A stretch of DNA of 64,000 bases, from assembly GCA_040388195.1 (NCBI GenBank), contig JAZKCF010000042.1, positions 2,885-66,884 on the forward strand, read 5' to 3'. How positions within the stretch are numbered: position 1 is the first letter of the stretch; every line of letters starts with the position of its first letter. The notes under the pieces are model-generated. The model was not told where the DNA came from and ran no database searches. It saw only the letters and a list, made by a program, of their open reading frames with translations. This document shows, one piece after another, positions 20,091-29,298 of the stretch. The DNA comes from Pseudomonadota bacterium (GTDB taxonomy: Bacteria; Pseudomonadota; Gammaproteobacteria; Burkholderiales; DATLHW01). Position numbers and translations under genes: made by a program.

Positions 20091-21038
20091 CTAGCTTTGC
20101 GTTAAATTGAGCGGCTTCAAACTGGGAGAGAGATTGGTCTTGACCACTCCTCCTTTTACATAATGGTCAATAACGTCGGTCAACGTTTTAGCCGAGCCGT
20201 CGTGGAAATACGGCGCTGTTTGATCGATCTCGCGCAATGTCGGTGTTTTGAATGCCCCTTTCATCAATGGCACTTTCTTGAAAGGGAAACGCCCCATGTC
20301 AGGCTTTTCATCTCCCCACGAGGCCAGCCCAAGATTATGAAATCCGTTATCAGTGAAATTTGGCGCTTGATGGCAAGCCGCGCAATTTCCCTTTGCCGGA
20401 TCGGTAAAGAGGCGAAAGCCTTTAACTTGCTCCACAGTCATAGCCCGGCTATTGCCACGCAACCAGCTGTCAAATGGCGAATTATTGCTAATGATTGAAC
20501 GCTCATATGCGGAAATTGCTTTAGAGACACTGGCGGAGTCAATTTTCTCGCCAGGATAAGCCTCGGCAAATTTCTTTTTGTATGTGGCATTCGCATTTAG
20601 GAAGGTGAGCAATTGAGGAATATTCATATTCATGACGCCTTTAGCTTCCATTGGCCCCATTGCTTGATCTTCAAGTGTTCTTTTCCGCCCATCCCACTGT
20701 TGAATGGTGTTGTATCCAAGATTAATCATCGTTGGCGTAGCACGAGCCAGAGCTTGTCCGTGAAATCCCTTTGCCTTCGGTAGACCATCCGACCATCCCA
20801 GCGTAGGAACATGGCAAGTAGCGCATGAAGATTTGCCATCCCCTGAAAGGCGGAGATCGAAAAATAGCATTTTGCCTAACTCTAACCGAACGGGATTGGG
20901 CGCATTATCTGCAGGATATGGCGGTTGAGTTGGGAGCAGCCAAATGCGATCGGCTTCTGTCGCTCTATCCGATGCAACGTTAACCACGCAAGCAGACAAA
21001 CCGCAAAAGGTAGCAACAAAGAATAGAAGCAGACGCAC
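20091..21038 (-). CDS. di-haem cytochrome c peroxidase / MauG family protein
   Basis: Two CxxCH motifs (CATCH, CAACH) at the family-typical spacing; conserved blocks FDSWLRG, FKTPTLRE and YFHDGS. Confidence 0.85.
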   Translation of the reverse strand: MRLLLFFVATFCGLSACVVNVASDRATEADRIWLLPTQPPYPADNAPNPVRLELGKMLFFDLRLSGDGKSSCATCHVPTLGWSDGLPKAKGFHGQALARATPTMINLGYNTIQQWDGRKRTLEDQAMGPMEAKGVMNMNIPQLLTFLNANATYKKKFAEAYPGEKIDSASVSKAISAYERSIISNNSPFDSWLRGNSRAMTVEQVKGFRLFTDPAKGNCAACHQAPNFTDNGFHNLGLASWGDEKPDMGRFPFKKVPLMKGAFKTPTLREIDQTAPYFHDGSAKTLTDVIDHYVKGGVVKTNLSPSLKPLNLTQS

Positions 21039-21308
21039 GAGGAACCTCCATCAGTCATTAGCGTTAGAGCAATAAAAAATGCGGAGCTTAAGTAGCTTAA
21101 TCGCCACTATTTAACTATGTCTTCAACTATTTTGATAAGGCAAACTACGGGGTTTTTGTGCTTGTGTTCTATTTAGAGTGGATTTCCTATCAATTGGCGA
21201 AAGGAACATTGATCATTATCCGTAGGACATGTGGCAATTCACGAACTACGGCCTATAACAACTTAACAAACAACCGATTTCAGAATATCTTTTTCTAAAC
21301 TAACGAAT

Positions 21309-21960
21309 ATGATTGCACACTTTCTTAGTGCAAAGTTTGTTTTACCTCTTCCTTGCTTCGGTTTTATACGTGCATTTCAGGAGGGCGTTGGTGCCCTTCG
21401 AACTCGGGAATCGGTGATGGTGCGATTGTGGTCCGATTTTACTGAGCGTGGGCAATGCCAAACAAACACAATGCTGATCGTCGTCATCATATTCCACAGA
21501 TGTCGTTCAAGGTGGAGAATGGTTGGCATATGAAGCGGGGCTACGCCGATGCGGCAGTTTGGGGTTATGGATAGAAAAGGCTTTTTTGGATCATTGGCAA
21601 AGCAGTGGACTCAATGGAGCCGCTGCTTGCTCACATCGACGAAGAAGTCTGCAAAGTCATGGCCTATGGCGCATATGATGGGGTGCCCACTTACCAAACA
21701 ATCGCGCAATTTGGCGACGATATCGAGGTGGTAGTTCCTCCGAGTAAAACGGCCGTTCGCAGCACTGAACTGAATGCAGTAGGGGATGCGTTCGCTATCA
21801 CTTTTTAAGTGCACCAACGCCCCGGTTATTGGGACGAGCGACAGCACCACAAAGTTTTGATCAGGAGCAAATGGGAATAATCAACAAGCTGTTCACTCTT
21901 GCTTATCATGCGGGACTTATAAAAAACGGCCGAAGAATGCAAATAAAGGGGTTCGCGGTA
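21309..21960 (+). pseudogene. decayed IS5-family (IS903-like) transposase, 5'-truncated with several frameshifts
   Basis: Pieces lie in three frames. FVLPLPCFGFIRAF resembles the LPLR..GF block. FKVENGWHMKRGY resembles LKV.GEGEWK. VMAYGAYDGVPTYQTIAQFGDDIEVVVPPSKTAV resembles ADGAYD...IPPR.NA. SFDQEQMGIINKLF resembles RS..E..M...K.LF. All comparisons are from memory of IS903-type transposases. Confidence 0.5.
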
Positions 21961-22186
21961 TATCTAAATACGGCATGGCCTCTATATTTTTTATGTGTTA
22001 ATAAAGTAACGCTCGTTTTATTTTTATCGCAAAATCCCGCAGGCCGTAAATAGTATTGCTAGGCGGTTCCCATTGCCTCCTCATGGCTTAAATACTGTTG
22101 CTCCATAGAATCACGCCAGCGTTTTAAAAAGCCACGCAAAACCGTTACAATGCCGGGTTTTTTGCAACTTCTGGTCCTATTATAAA

Positions 22187-23470
22187 ATGTCACGCACCCC
22201 ACACGCTCCATCCTATTACGCCTCATCGGCCAATCCGAGTCCGTACCGCCCTGAGCTGCATGGCGAAACAACGGCCGATGTTTGCATTATCGGCGCTGGT
22301 TACACCGGACTGTCCGCAGGTCTTCACTTAGCAGAAGCCGGCTTTAAAGTTGTTATCCTCGAAGCCGCCCAAGTCGGCTGGGGCGCTTCTGGCCGCAATG
22401 GCGGTCAGATCGTTCACAGCTATTCGCGCGATATTGATGTTATCGAGCGACGTTATGGCAGCGAGCTTGGTCAAACGCTTGGCGGCATGGCTTTCGAAGG
22501 CGCCAAAATCATTCGTGAACGAGTAGCTAAGTACAACATTCAATGTGATTTGGTAGATGGCGGCGTATTCGCGGCTATTACCAAAAAGCAGTTGGGTCAT
22601 CTCGAATCCCAGAAGGCTTTGTGGGAAAGATACGGCAATACCAGCCTCAAAATGTTGGATGCCGCCGAGACCCAAAAAATCGTTAATACTGATCGCTATG
22701 TAGGCGCACTTCTTGATATGAGCGGCGGACACTTTCATCCGCTCAATCTTGCGCTCGGCGAAGCTGCTGCCTTCGAAGCAAATGGCGGCATCATTTACGA
22801 AAATTCTAAGGTCATTCGCATTGAGGAAGGCCCAAGTCCAATTATTTGGACCAAAAAGCATGGTCGAGTGAAAGCCAAGTACGTCATCGTTGCCGGCAAT
22901 GCCTACCTAGGCAACCTAGTACCAAAACTCGCGTCGATGTCCATGCCTTGCGGTACGCAGGTAATCGCCACCGAGCCGCTCGGAAAGCTGGCCGATGAAA
23001 TCATTCCATCCAACTATTGTGTGGAAGATTGCAACTTTCTATTGGATTACTTCCGTCTTTCCGCTGATAAACGGCTACTGTACGGCGGCGGTGTTATTTA
23101 CGGCGCACGCGATCCAGACCATGTGGAGTCGATCGTACGTCCGCAAATGCTCAAAACCTTCCCGCAATTGAAGGACGTCGATATCGATTACGCGTGGACA
23201 GGCAATTTCCTGCTCACCATGTCCCGTCTACCGGAAGTTGGCCGTATTGGTAGCAACATTTTCTATTCGCAAGGTTGCTCGGGCCATGGGATTACTTATA
23301 CCCACCTAGCCGGCCGTTTATTGTCTGAAGTCATACAAGGACAATCCAGCCGTTTCGATGCCTTCGAGAAATTGCCGCATTACCCGTTCCCAGGGGGGCG
23401 TTGGTTCCGCGTTCCTCTTACAGCCATGGGTGCTTGGTATTATGATTTACGAGACAAATTCGGCATCTAA
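22187..23470 (+). CDS. FAD-dependent oxidoreductase (DAO family, gamma-glutamylputrescine-oxidase-like)
   Basis: VCIIGAGYTGLSAGLHLAEAG dinucleotide-binding motif; the 427-aa length and GCSGHG near the C-terminus fit the family. Confidence 0.8.
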   Translation: MSRTPHAPSYYASSANPSPYRPELHGETTADVCIIGAGYTGLSAGLHLAEAGFKVVILEAAQVGWGASGRNGGQIVHSYSRDIDVIERRYGSELGQTLGGMAFEGAKIIRERVAKYNIQCDLVDGGVFAAITKKQLGHLESQKALWERYGNTSLKMLDAAETQKIVNTDRYVGALLDMSGGHFHPLNLALGEAAAFEANGGIIYENSKVIRIEEGPSPIIWTKKHGRVKAKYVIVAGNAYLGNLVPKLASMSMPCGTQVIATEPLGKLADEIIPSNYCVEDCNFLLDYFRLSADKRLLYGGGVIYGARDPDHVESIVRPQMLKTFPQLKDVDIDYAWTGNFLLTMSRLPEVGRIGSNIFYSQGCSGHGITYTHLAGRLLSEVIQGQSSRFDAFEKLPHYPFPGGRWFRVPLTAMGAWYYDLRDKFGI

Positions 23471-23508
23471 TACCCTTCAGTAAGTCATACTTTCTCAGCA
23501 AAAGGCAG

Positions 23509-24174
23509 TCAGCAGAAATTTTGCAGTATTCTGCGGGCCGCCTGCGCTAAGGAATTCTGATCGAGCAATACTTCAGGAAACCTTTGCCGCTCGCGTTGTC
23601 CCTTTATTTCAATATCCATCCCATAGGGGTCTAAACCCAGCGTCCTTACATGAGGAGGCTGATCGGCAGCGAGTTGTTGTATCAAATCCGCCTCGATTGT
23701 CGGATCCAAGCTACCTGCCATCCTAAACTTCGTAGCATCAAGCCATCCCATTTGACCAAAGCCCTCGATCACTCGTAGTGCTTGGGGTTCAAGGCAAAAA
23801 AAAGAAAAGTCCTGCAATGCTAAATAATCGTCTGCCTCTGGCTGGTAACGACGAAAGCGGGCGGTAAGCTTTTCGTCGCTTGCTATAGGAGTGATCTCTC
23901 CCACCATAGTGACCCGCACACCAGCAAGTACGTCGCCATTTTTTGGCTTAAACATTAAAAAACTCCCTTGCGGGTTAGCAAGGATGTTTTTTGTATGTTC
24001 GGCAAGCTTGCTAATTAAGAAGATCGGGCGGTGATGGTGATCGGTGACAAAAGGCAACGCGGTTACGAACGGAAATCCTGGAACGTGTTGCGAATGACTC
24101 CCAACGGCGCCGAAGCTACAATCGTGTACATGATGGATGACGCTTTCAACCGATAATTGCATTGTGGTGTCCAC
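23509..24174 (-). CDS. PNPOx-like split-barrel protein (HugZ / haem-utilisation-like, COG0748 type)
   Basis: GFPFVTALPFVTDHHHRPIFLISKLAEHTKNILANPQGSFLM matches the conserved N-terminal block of this family as I recall it. The function is unverified. Confidence 0.55.
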   Translation of the reverse strand: MDTTMQLSVESVIHHVHDCSFGAVGSHSQHVPGFPFVTALPFVTDHHHRPIFLISKLAEHTKNILANPQGSFLMFKPKNGDVLAGVRVTMVGEITPIASDEKLTARFRRYQPEADDYLALQDFSFFCLEPQALRVIEGFGQMGWLDATKFRMAGSLDPTIEADLIQQLAADQPPHVRTLGLDPYGMDIEIKGQRERQRFPEVLLDQNSLAQAARRILQNFC

Positions 24175-24409
24175 TGATGCTCCGCTGTTCGCGAAGCGAG
24201 AGTTAAATCGAGGAAATGCCCGATAAGCAAATGTTGCATCGCACCATTACTTGCCGACTACAGTTACTCATCTTTCGCATATATAAGGTGTATATCCGCT
24301 TCAAGTCATTTCCGCAGGATTCGAGGGTGTAGGAAATTCATTCCAATAACTGTATTCCAGTCCCTCCCCTAAATTCAACGTCAGTAAGGAGGAACAAAAT
24401 GACTTTTTT

Positions 24410-24425
24410 TGTGCGTTTGATCACA
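24410..24425. promoter_or_regulatory. CRP/FNR-family-type palindrome TGTGCGTTTGATCACA (one mismatch to TGTGA-N6-TCACA)
   Basis: Read directly. It lies in the fliC / HugZ-like divergent region and overlaps a perfect 16-bp palindrome, ACACTAAATTTAGTGT (24423-24438). Confidence 0.35.
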
Positions 24426-24634
24426 CTAAATTTAGTGTAGAAACCAAGGATCAGACATGCAATTCGATGACATCAACCAATCATCACAAAATATTCAATC
24501 TTAAAGATAGCAGTGATCGCGATGCAGCGTTAACCATTTTTTGAGTAAAAATTTCTTTTTATTAAGAATAAATAACAAATACTTACATCGCCATGTAAAT
24601 GTAATATCTAGATGATCAACTCCCTGAGTTTTAT

Positions 24635-24650
24635 TGTGATCTACGTCACA
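24635..24650. promoter_or_regulatory. perfect CRP-type palindrome TGTGATCTACGTCACA
   Basis: Exact TGTGA-N6-TCACA, 97 bp upstream of the fliC sigma-28 -35 element. It shares the 14-mer tgtgatctacgtca with the site at 35366. Confidence 0.45.
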
Positions 24651-24746
24651 GAATAGGTTTTTCCAGTCTTTTCTTAATAATGATTCCCCCTTAAACCTGT
24701 TAATTTTCCGTTGCGTTAACAGCATTGGGTTTTTAACAACGAGGGC

Positions 24747-24773
24747 TAAATATTGTCCCGCTCGCGCCGATAA
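24747..24773 (+). promoter_or_regulatory. sigma-28 (FliA) class III promoter of fliC
   Basis: TAAA-N15-GCCGATAA (taaa tattgtcccgctcgc gccgataa) is an exact match to the consensus core. It sits about 95 bp upstream of the fliC ATG. Confidence 0.85.
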
Positions 24774-24868
24774 TCTACTTAACACCGGTTGCACTCCCTA
24801 GAGGACCACCGGGGTAAACCACCGGTAAACCCGGGTTTAAATAAGAATCGGTAAAAGGAGCCCTGACC

Positions 24869-26302
24869 ATGCCTCAAATCGTAAACACCAACATTGCTTC
24901 GCTAAATGCGCAACGCAACTTGAATTCTTCCCAATCTTCCTTGCAAGTGTCTCTCCAACGTCTGTCTTCCGGCCTCCGGATCAACAGCGCGAAAGACGAT
25001 GCTGCAGGCTTGGCGATTACAGAACGGTTCAATGCCCAGATCCGCGGCTTGAACCAAGCAGCTCGTAACGCTAATGACGGTATCTCTTTAGCACAAACGG
25101 CTGAAGGCGATTTGGGTCAGATCACCAACAACTTACAGCGGATTCGCGAACTAGCTGTACAGTCAGCTAACGCATCCAACAGCGCATCTGACCGTTCCGC
25201 ACTGAACTCAGAAGCACAACAGCTAATCTCTGAAATTGACCGCGTCTCGCAAGCCTCATCGTTCAACGGTGTTAAATTGCTCGACGGAACATTTTCTGCA
25301 CAAGCCTTCCAAGTCGGTGCTAACAGCACCGCAAACGACCAGATCACCATCTCGTCGATCGCAAGTGCTCGTACCACTGCACTTGGTGGCGTAACGCAAG
25401 CAAGCCTCAGCTCATCGGCCCCAAACACCACTGCATTAGGTGCAACCGACGTAGTGATTAACGGTATCGCAATCAGCGCTTCCGCAGCCAGCGCCGATAC
25501 GCTGTCTACCGCTAGCAACTCCGCCAGCGCGATCGCAAAAGCTGCAGCCATCAACGCAGCTTCAGGCACGACCGGTGTAACGGCGCAAGTGAATGCAACC
25601 ATAGCTGCAGGTACCACCTACGGCGCTGCTGCAAACACGGGCTCGGTCGACATCAATGGCGTCACCATCGCCATCACAACAACGGCAGCAGCGGCTACTA
25701 CCCGCCAAAACGTCGTGACAGCCATCAACGCTAAAACCTCGCAAACCGGCGTAACCGCTCTTGACAACGGTTCAACGGTAGAACTGAGCGCAGGTGATGG
25801 ACGGAACATCGTTGTAGCCAACTACACCACGATCACTGCCGCCGGCTCCACACTAGGCGCAGCAGGTACCTATGCCGGTACCTACACCTTGACATCCGCC
25901 AACCAGATCACGGTTGCAGCAGGTGCAGGTACGATCGCTAACTCAGGCTTAACCGCCGGTACGTATGCAACAGCAAGTAGCGGTAGCGCGATCAGCACGT
26001 TGAATATATCGACCGCATCGGGCGCCACCAGCGCTCTGTCTGCGATCGATTCAGCGCTAACCGCGGTAAACAGCTCCCGCGCTTCACTTGGTGCATTTCA
26101 AAACCGCTTCCAGTCAGTCGTATCGCAAGCACAAACGACTGCTGAAAACTTGACGGCTTCTCGTAGCCGGATTCAAGACGCAGACTTCGCAGCGGAATCT
26201 GCGAACCTGACCCGCGGTCAGATCTTGCAACAAGCTGGTACGGCGATCTTAGCGCAAGCCAACAGCTTGCCTAACAGCGTGCTGAGCTTGCTCCGCGGCT
26301 AA
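24869..26302 (+). CDS. fliC: flagellin
   Basis: The N-terminus [19 protein letters not shown]...[19 protein letters not shown] and the C-terminus [31 protein letters not shown] fit flagellin. The central domain is Ala/Thr/Ser-rich. Confidence 0.97.
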   Translation: MPQIVNTNIASLNAQRNLNSSQSSLQVSLQRLSSGLRINSAKDDAAGLAITERFNAQIRGLNQAARNANDGISLAQTAEGDLGQITNNLQRIRELAVQSANASNSASDRSALNSEAQQLISEIDRVSQASSFNGVKLLDGTFSAQAFQVGANSTANDQITISSIASARTTALGGVTQASLSSSAPNTTALGATDVVINGIAISASAASADTLSTASNSASAIAKAAAINAASGTTGVTAQVNATIAAGTTYGAAANTGSVDINGVTIAITTTAAAATTRQNVVTAINAKTSQTGVTALDNGSTVELSAGDGRNIVVANYTTITAAGSTLGAAGTYAGTYTLTSANQITVAAGAGTIANSGLTAGTYATASSGSAISTLNISTASGATSALSAIDSALTAVNSSRASLGAFQNRFQSVVSQAQTTAENLTASRSRIQDADFAAESANLTRGQILQQAGTAILAQANSLPNSVLSLLRG

Positions 26303-26425
26303 GCATGGAAGTTCGGTAAAAAGGTCAAGGGTAAGGGCCGGGCTCTCACAAGGAGTCCGGCTTCGCCCCACCCAGAATTAGAAGTAAATGCGTTAGAAGT
26401 AAATGAGAAAGAAAGTGAGTGAATC

Positions 26426-26758
26426 ATGGACTCGAACCTATCTGGTATAGCAAATTCCGGTTATCCACCTGTGGATATCTCCTCCACCGCAGTCAGCAAG
26501 AAGACCCTTGCTGGGGCAGTCGACTCTCCCACGGCTCCCCCGAATGTGCAAGATCTTCCACACCTGGCCGCACGCCTTCTACAGGTGGATAACCAGAGTC
26601 TGCAATTCAGCACGGACCACTCTACGGGGAAAATTATTGTCAAAGTTATCGACCAATCTACCGGCGATATATTGCGACAAATTCCCTCGGAGGATTTGCT
26701 GGAGATTGCAAAATCTTTAGACCAGTTACGCGGTCTTCTGATAAATGCAAAGGCTTAA
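26426..26758 (+). CDS. flaG: flagellar protein FlaG
   Basis: LQFSTDHSTGKIIVKVIDQSTGDILRQIPSEDLLEIAKSL matches the conserved FlaG core. The position between fliC and fliD also fits. Confidence 0.85.
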   Translation: MDSNLSGIANSGYPPVDISSTAVSKKTLAGAVDSPTAPPNVQDLPHLAARLLQVDNQSLQFSTDHSTGKIIVKVIDQSTGDILRQIPSEDLLEIAKSLDQLRGLLINAKA

Positions 26759-26787
26759 TAAGAACATACAAATAAGTTAGAGAAAAT

Positions 26788-28785
26788 ATGGCCATCTCAA
26801 CACCAGGTGTCGGTTCCGGGCTAGACGTTAACAGTATTGTTAGCAAACTAATGGATGTGGAGGCTCAACCGTTGTTGACTCTCCAGAAAAAAGAAATTTC
26901 CTATCAATCGAAGTTATCGGCTATCGGATCACTAACAGGTGCATTAAGTTCATTTCAAAGCAGCTTAAATGGCGTTAAAAACGTAAGCTCCTTTAATAGC
27001 TTAAATGCAATTATCAATGACAACACTGCTGCCAGCGTCACCGCGAGCAGCACTTCTGTTGCTGGCAGCTATGCATTGAACATCACACAGCTGGCGCAAG
27101 CACAAAAGGTGAATTCCACGATATTCACCAATGTCACGGATGTTGTTGGCACTGGCGTTCTTACCATTCAATTCGGGACTTACAATTCTGGTGGCAATAC
27201 CTTTACCCCCAATACAGCAAAAGCATCAAAAGATATAACCATTGGCAATTTTGTTAATACTCTTTCGGGCGTTCGGGATGCAATTAACGCTGCAGGCGCA
27301 GGGGTCAGCGCAACCATCGTCAATGACGGAACCGGCAATCGCTTAGTGATCTCGTCTCAAGACACAGGATTGGCCAATAGTCTAAAAATTACGGTGGCCG
27401 ATGACGATCTAGGCAATACCGATACCAGCGGTTTGTCCAAGCTCGCTTTTGATCCTACAGCTATCGCAGGCTCTGGAAAAAATCTTTCAGAAACACAGGT
27501 GGCGAAAGATGCCACGCTTACGGTCGATGGTTTGCCAATCACTAGCGCTAGCAATACGTTAACCAGTGCTATTCAGGGTGTAACGTTGAATTTATTAAAA
27601 ACCACAAGTTCGGCCGCGACTGTCACCGTAGCGTCAAATCCAAGCCAAATATTCAACTCACTGAGTACATTCGTTGCCGGCTACAACAATTTCAGCAAAA
27701 CACTCTCTTCGCTGACTGCTTATAACGCCAGTACGAAACAAGGTGGCCCATTGCTTGGTGATCCGACTACCCTTGCCATTGAAAGTCGAGTTCGAACCCT
27801 GCTTTCTGCATCTTCGACAGGATCGGCTGGCTTTACGACACTATCTAGCGTCGGCATTAGCTTTCAAAAAGACGGAACGCTAAGCATCGATGCCTCGAAA
27901 GCGGTCGCTGCAATTCAAAGTAATCCCGCGGCGGTAGGACAATTATTTGCAGCGGTAGGATCGAGTTCGGATAGCCTTGTCTCATATGTCGCCGGTACAT
28001 CAAGCACAGCACCAGGTACTTATGCAGTCAACGTAACGCAACTGGCAACCAAAGGAACGCTCGTCGGCAATGCAGTGGCCGGACTGACAATAACAGCGGG
28101 TGTCGATGATGCGGTAGCGCTTTCAATTGATGGAATTAGCGCGACTGTTACGTTATCCGCAGGGACCTATGCCACCGCCGATGATCTTGCCACTCAGCTG
28201 CAGACCAAAATTAATGCCACTTCCACATTCAGCAACAAAGGCATAAAAGTGGCAGTCACTCAAACCGGTGGCGCGCTTACTATCACGTCTGATAGTTACG
28301 GCTCAAATTCCGCGCTCACTGCTACCGCAGGAGCCGCCGCCACCAACCTTTTTGGCGCAGCGCCAGTTCGTACAGATGGCTTAGACGTGGCCGGAACAAT
28401 TGGTGGAACAGCTGCCACCGGTAACGGGCAAAACCTTACCAGTACCTCCGGCGACAGTTTGGGGTTAGTAACGGCTGTTCTTGGTGGATCCCTCGGCGCT
28501 CGCGGCTCGATAACTTATACGACGGGTTTTGCCTATCAATTGGATCAATTGATAGGCCAATATACTTCTCCAACTGGATTAGTTACGGCAAGAACCACTG
28601 GGATAAACACCACTATTAAATCAATGCAACAACGAGAAAGTGATTGGAGTACTCGGCTTTCCGCGATAGAAAAACGATATCGCGCGCAGTTCAGCGCGCT
28701 CGATACAACGATCGCAAAAATGAATAGCTTGAGTACCTATTTGCAGCAGCAAATAAATAGCTTTGCCAGTAACAATAATTCTTAA
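26788..28785 (+). CDS. fliD: flagellar filament cap protein FliD
   Basis: The N-terminus ISTPGVGSGLDVNSIVSKLMDVEAQPL, the C-terminal coiled coil (RYRAQFSALDTTIAKMNS) and the gene position fit FliD. Confidence 0.95.
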   Translation: MAISTPGVGSGLDVNSIVSKLMDVEAQPLLTLQKKEISYQSKLSAIGSLTGALSSFQSSLNGVKNVSSFNSLNAIINDNTAASVTASSTSVAGSYALNITQLAQAQKVNSTIFTNVTDVVGTGVLTIQFGTYNSGGNTFTPNTAKASKDITIGNFVNTLSGVRDAINAAGAGVSATIVNDGTGNRLVISSQDTGLANSLKITVADDDLGNTDTSGLSKLAFDPTAIAGSGKNLSETQVAKDATLTVDGLPITSASNTLTSAIQGVTLNLLKTTSSAATVTVASNPSQIFNSLSTFVAGYNNFSKTLSSLTAYNASTKQGGPLLGDPTTLAIESRVRTLLSASSTGSAGFTTLSSVGISFQKDGTLSIDASKAVAAIQSNPAAVGQLFAAVGSSSDSLVSYVAGTSSTAPGTYAVNVTQLATKGTLVGNAVAGLTITAGVDDAVALSIDGISATVTLSAGTYATADDLATQLQTKINATSTFSNKGIKVAVTQTGGALTITSDSYGSNSALTATAGAAATNLFGAAPVRTDGLDVAGTIGGTAATGNGQNLTSTSGDSLGLVTAVLGGSLGARGSITYTTGFAYQLDQLIGQYTSPTGLVTARTTGINTTIKSMQQRESDWSTRLSAIEKRYRAQFSALDTTIAKMNSLSTYLQQQINSFASNNNS

Positions 28786-28847
28786 AATAAAAATTGGGTT
28801 TTTAACCTTAAGAAGGCGTTTTTTTTGATAAAAGGGACTTTATTATC

Positions 28848-29297
28848 ATGAACCCGGGTCAGAAACAGGCAATGGCTTATGCAAACATCGGGCTTGAGAC
28901 CGGTGTGGCTGCCGCAAGTCCGCATCGGCTTATTCTCATGCTATACGACGGCGCTCTTATCGCACTTGTCGATGCGCAAAAACATCTTGAAGCCAAGAAT
29001 ATTCCGGGTAAAGGACAGGCGATTTCTAAAGCGCTGCAAATCATTGACGAAGGCTTAAAAGCAAGTCTCGATGAAACAAGCGGTGGGGAGATTGCTGTTC
29101 ATTTAAAGGATCTCTACGATTACATGACCAGGCGGCTTTTGCTAGCCAGCCTGCGCAATCAAGTTGAGCCTGTCATCGAAGTACGCAATCTTCTCGGTCA
29201 ATTAAGAGAAGCTTGGGAGGCCATTGGCAAGCAAGTGGATGCTCAAGCGGCATCCGGGACGCCACAAACTAATGCTGACACAAAAGTAAGGACCTAG
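28848..29297 (+). CDS. fliS: flagellin-specific chaperone FliS
   Basis: AYANIGLETGVAAASPHRLILMLYDGAL and LYDYMTRRLLLASL are typical FliS blocks. Confidence 0.92.
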   Translation: MNPGQKQAMAYANIGLETGVAAASPHRLILMLYDGALIALVDAQKHLEAKNIPGKGQAISKALQIIDEGLKASLDETSGGEIAVHLKDLYDYMTRRLLLASLRNQVEPVIEVRNLLGQLREAWEAIGKQVDAQAASGTPQTNADTKVRT

Positions 29298-29298
29298 G

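Noticed and set aside
24501-24794. 97-aa minus-strand ORF upstream of fliC
   Set aside because: It lies in AT-rich non-coding DNA. It contains the fliC sigma-28 promoter and a CRP-type site, and it has no Shine-Dalgarno sequence or recognisable motif.
25117-25821. Antisense ORFs of 166, 60 and 67 aa inside fliC
   Set aside because: They lie opposite an unmistakable flagellin gene. They are Ala/Val-rich mirror frames of a GC-biased Ala/Thr-rich coding region, with no motifs.
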